Shown one piece after another: positions 61,430 through 64,000 of a stretch of 64,000 nt of DNA. Position 1 is the first letter of the stretch. Each line of letters begins with the position of its first letter. This DNA is from Eledone cirrhosa (Eukaryota). Under the pieces are notes generated by a model, which saw nothing but the letters and a program-made list of their open reading frames with translations, ran no database searches and was not told the DNA's origin. The translations under genes were made by a program, and so were the position numbers. The stretch spans positions 368,838,001 through 368,902,000 of the forward strand of contig OZ024741.1 of assembly GCA_964016885.1 (NCBI GenBank), in the 5' to 3' direction.

Positions 61430-61765
61430 TTTTACGGCCAACACAACACCTCTACTACTACTACCAACACAGCAATTTACCCCAACACTACTACTACTAT
61501 CAATACAACAATTTACCTCCAACACCTCTACTACTACAACCAAAACTGCCATTACTACGACCAACACTGCCACTACTATGACCAACACAATTTACCCCAC
61601 CACCTCTACTACTACAACCAACACAACAATTTACTTCAACACTACTACTAATACTACCACCAACAACAATTTACCTCACCACCTCTACTACTACTACTAC
61701 AACCAACAACAATTTACTGCAGCAGCACCTCTACTACTACTACTACTACAACCAACACAACCAGT
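61430..61765. repeat. Degenerate (ACT)n/(ACA)n low-complexity tandem repeat
   Basis: Repeated CACCTCTACTACTAC..CAACACAAC..AATTTAC modules. Confidence 0.8.
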
Positions 61766-63182
61766 AAATGAAAAAAAAAATTCTGCAGATCTTACTGCAG
61801 CTATATTTACACATAAAACAGGACTTTATACAAATTCTGTAATATATAATACAAAATCTGCTTTTCAGTCATGTGACATTTTTCAAAACAACATCATTAC
61901 AGTACATTTTATCAGTAGCTTAACATCCAGCACCACACGAATCCACATCAATAAAACAGTCTTCTAAAGTACAGAACAATACGATGATTGCATCATTTTA
62001 AAAATTTAAGTTTTTATTCTAATACTACACATTTTTACAACAATCTGATCACTAATAAAAATGCTATAAACATTTGAATTAAACTTGTTTTAAGATATTT
62101 TCTACTTAATCATTTTATGGTGTTAAGGTGTCATAATGAGCGTACACAAATACATTTATAGCTTCTCACATAACATATAACTTTGTTTTAATGATTATTA
62201 AAAGGATGAATATTTGAGGACATCATTAAAGCAAAACTTTGGTCAGTTCTTTTCAATTTATGATATACTGTAAATGTGGTTGGTGTTAGGAAGGCCATCC
62301 AGCCATAGAAAACCTGCCAGATACAGTCCTATATGAGCGAGACACGGTCTCCTGACCAATCTTGCCTCAAGTGGGACAATTCCCGTCTAACCCATGCTAG
62401 TATGGAAGATAGACGTTAAACAATGATGATACTGTCCAATGTAAGAACCAAGAATGCATACAAGTTCTTTGTTGCAGATGCTATCCTTCCATAGAAAGCA
62501 CTAAACTACCACTATTGCAGTAAATGGCTAATATCTTTATATGGAAAATGTACTAAAGAAGACAAGTTTCAGAAATGAATAAGGAAAAAATTAGAATTTT
62601 AACAAAATAGTATTGTTTATATAAAGCATTGTGAAATGTGTAGTATGGATTGTTCTGGAAAAGCCAGTATAATGCAAGTTAGAAAACACGAATACACCAA
62701 AGAACAATTTACACATCTACTTTATATTTCATGATATTTCAGGGCTGCAATTCCTTTTTCAAAAGAAAGGAAGTGTGATAGAGATAGTGAGTTGAAGGGA
62801 GCTTGCCATCACCATCACATGCCATTCCTTGCTTTTAAAAAGGGGTCCTAACTCTCAAATGTCACGAAATATAAAGTAAAAGAGTAAACTGTTTTTTTTC
62901 TTTGTTAGAATTTTAATTCTCCCTGTCATTTTGTAGATAAATAATTTCATGTTGTAACAGCTCAAGAAAAATGATATGTTTAGGTTAGGAGATACAAAAG
63001 ATTGATGGTTATTAAAAGAGACTTAAAAAAAAAACAGCTGTATATTTATCAGAAATAATATAGGACAGAAAATATGCATAAATCCAGCAACTGATAAGAA
63101 TTGATAATCCTTTTCATAAGATTCAGAAATTTGACAATTTACTAAGTTATTTACTACAATGAATGAAGATTATTTCCAACAT

Positions 63183-64000
63183 ATAAGGTATGTCCCAAAA
63201 GTAAGAGTACTGATTTGCCTATGTACGATATGATAACATAGCACCATGTTGATGTATATAGGCATGTTGGTTATGACCTTAGCTTCCCTTACATACTTGT
63301 TTCAACATGATCGTTCGAGTCAGTTGTGAGTCATTGCTGTTTATGTACAGACATGTTTAAAACTTCTGTTAAGTTTGCAAGGTAGGAAAATATTTAACAA
63401 AAGTACACAAATTTTGTGTGAAACTCAACATATCTGTCACTGAAACATTTAATTCTTTGACAAACTTATGGAGATGCAACTCCATCAAGAAGTAGGGTTT
63501 TTAAGTAGCACAAAGCTTTCAAAGAGGGCCGAGAAAATGTTGAAAATGAACCTCGATCATTTTTTTTCAACAGCCAAGGTGTTGTTCACAAAGAATTTTC
63601 ACCTATAGGATAGATAGTTAATCTTACCTTCTACAAAGATCTCTTGGAACAACTTTGAAAACGGGTCCAGCAAGTCCGAAAGAACATTGCAGGAGATTGG
63701 GTATTGCAACTCAATAACGCACCTGTTCACACAGCACTTTCAATTAAAGGATTTCTGGTGAAGAAAAACATTCCCACTCTTCCATATTTTCCTTGAAACC
63801 CAGATTTAGCTCTGTGTAATTTCTACCTCTTCCCTGTTGAAATTGAAGGGTCATCATTTCAGGACTGTGGAAAACATACAAAAAACTGTAACCGATGAGC
63901 TAAGGACATTCCTGTACTGCTTTGATCAATGGAAAAAACGTTGGAACCAGTGTGACTTCCCAAGAGTCATATTTTGAAGGAGATAACTTATAATTTCATG
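63183..64000 (+). mobile_element. Mariner (Mos1/Hsmar-like) transposon relic, internally deleted
   Basis: KFCVKL, YGDA, FKEGRENVENEPRS, GVVHKEF, NNAPVHTAL, PDLALCNFYLFP, YFEGD; many stops and frameshifts. Confidence 0.85.

Noticed and set aside
61366-61967. Thr/Tyr/His-rich ORFs
   Set aside because: Low-complexity (ACT)n repeat with no splice or domain support.
55140-63180. Further upstream spectrin (CH1) exons, e.g. donor-like sites near 58200 and 60295
   Set aside because: Candidate frames had stops or no CH1 similarity; the preceding exon is probably beyond the window, though a small exon could have been missed.

Overview
AT-rich, repeat-dense animal genomic DNA. The SINE/LINE families and microsatellite load point to an octopus (coleoid cephalopod); this is inferred, not verified. 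The window lies inside one large minus-strand gene, beta-heavy spectrin (karst/sma-1/SPTBN5-like). I traced 25 GT-AG exons by hand between 55137 and 7792. They join in one frame (3101 nt, about 1033 codons) and encode the end of CH1, CH2, several spectrin repeats and an SH3 domain inserted among the repeats. Both gene ends lie outside the window. The introns hold RTE-clade LINEs of several families, CRE, CR1 and L1/Tx1 fragments, two mariner relics, piggyBac-type MITEs, two tRNA-derived SINE families and several tandem arrays. The most notable observations are: (1) an RTE family with a complete C4HC3 PHD finger inside its reverse-transcriptase region; (2) a 3-kb higher-order 90-bp array and a second in-frame array, both built from LINE coding sequence; (3) two 5'-inverted RTE insertions with twin-priming geometry; (4) a head-to-head SINE pair able to form about 320 bp of dsRNA next to the SH3 exons; (5) a head-to-tail RTE chain with a conserved 3' stem-loop and a tail expanded to 1.8 kb. 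All calls come from manual reading; no database searches were run.
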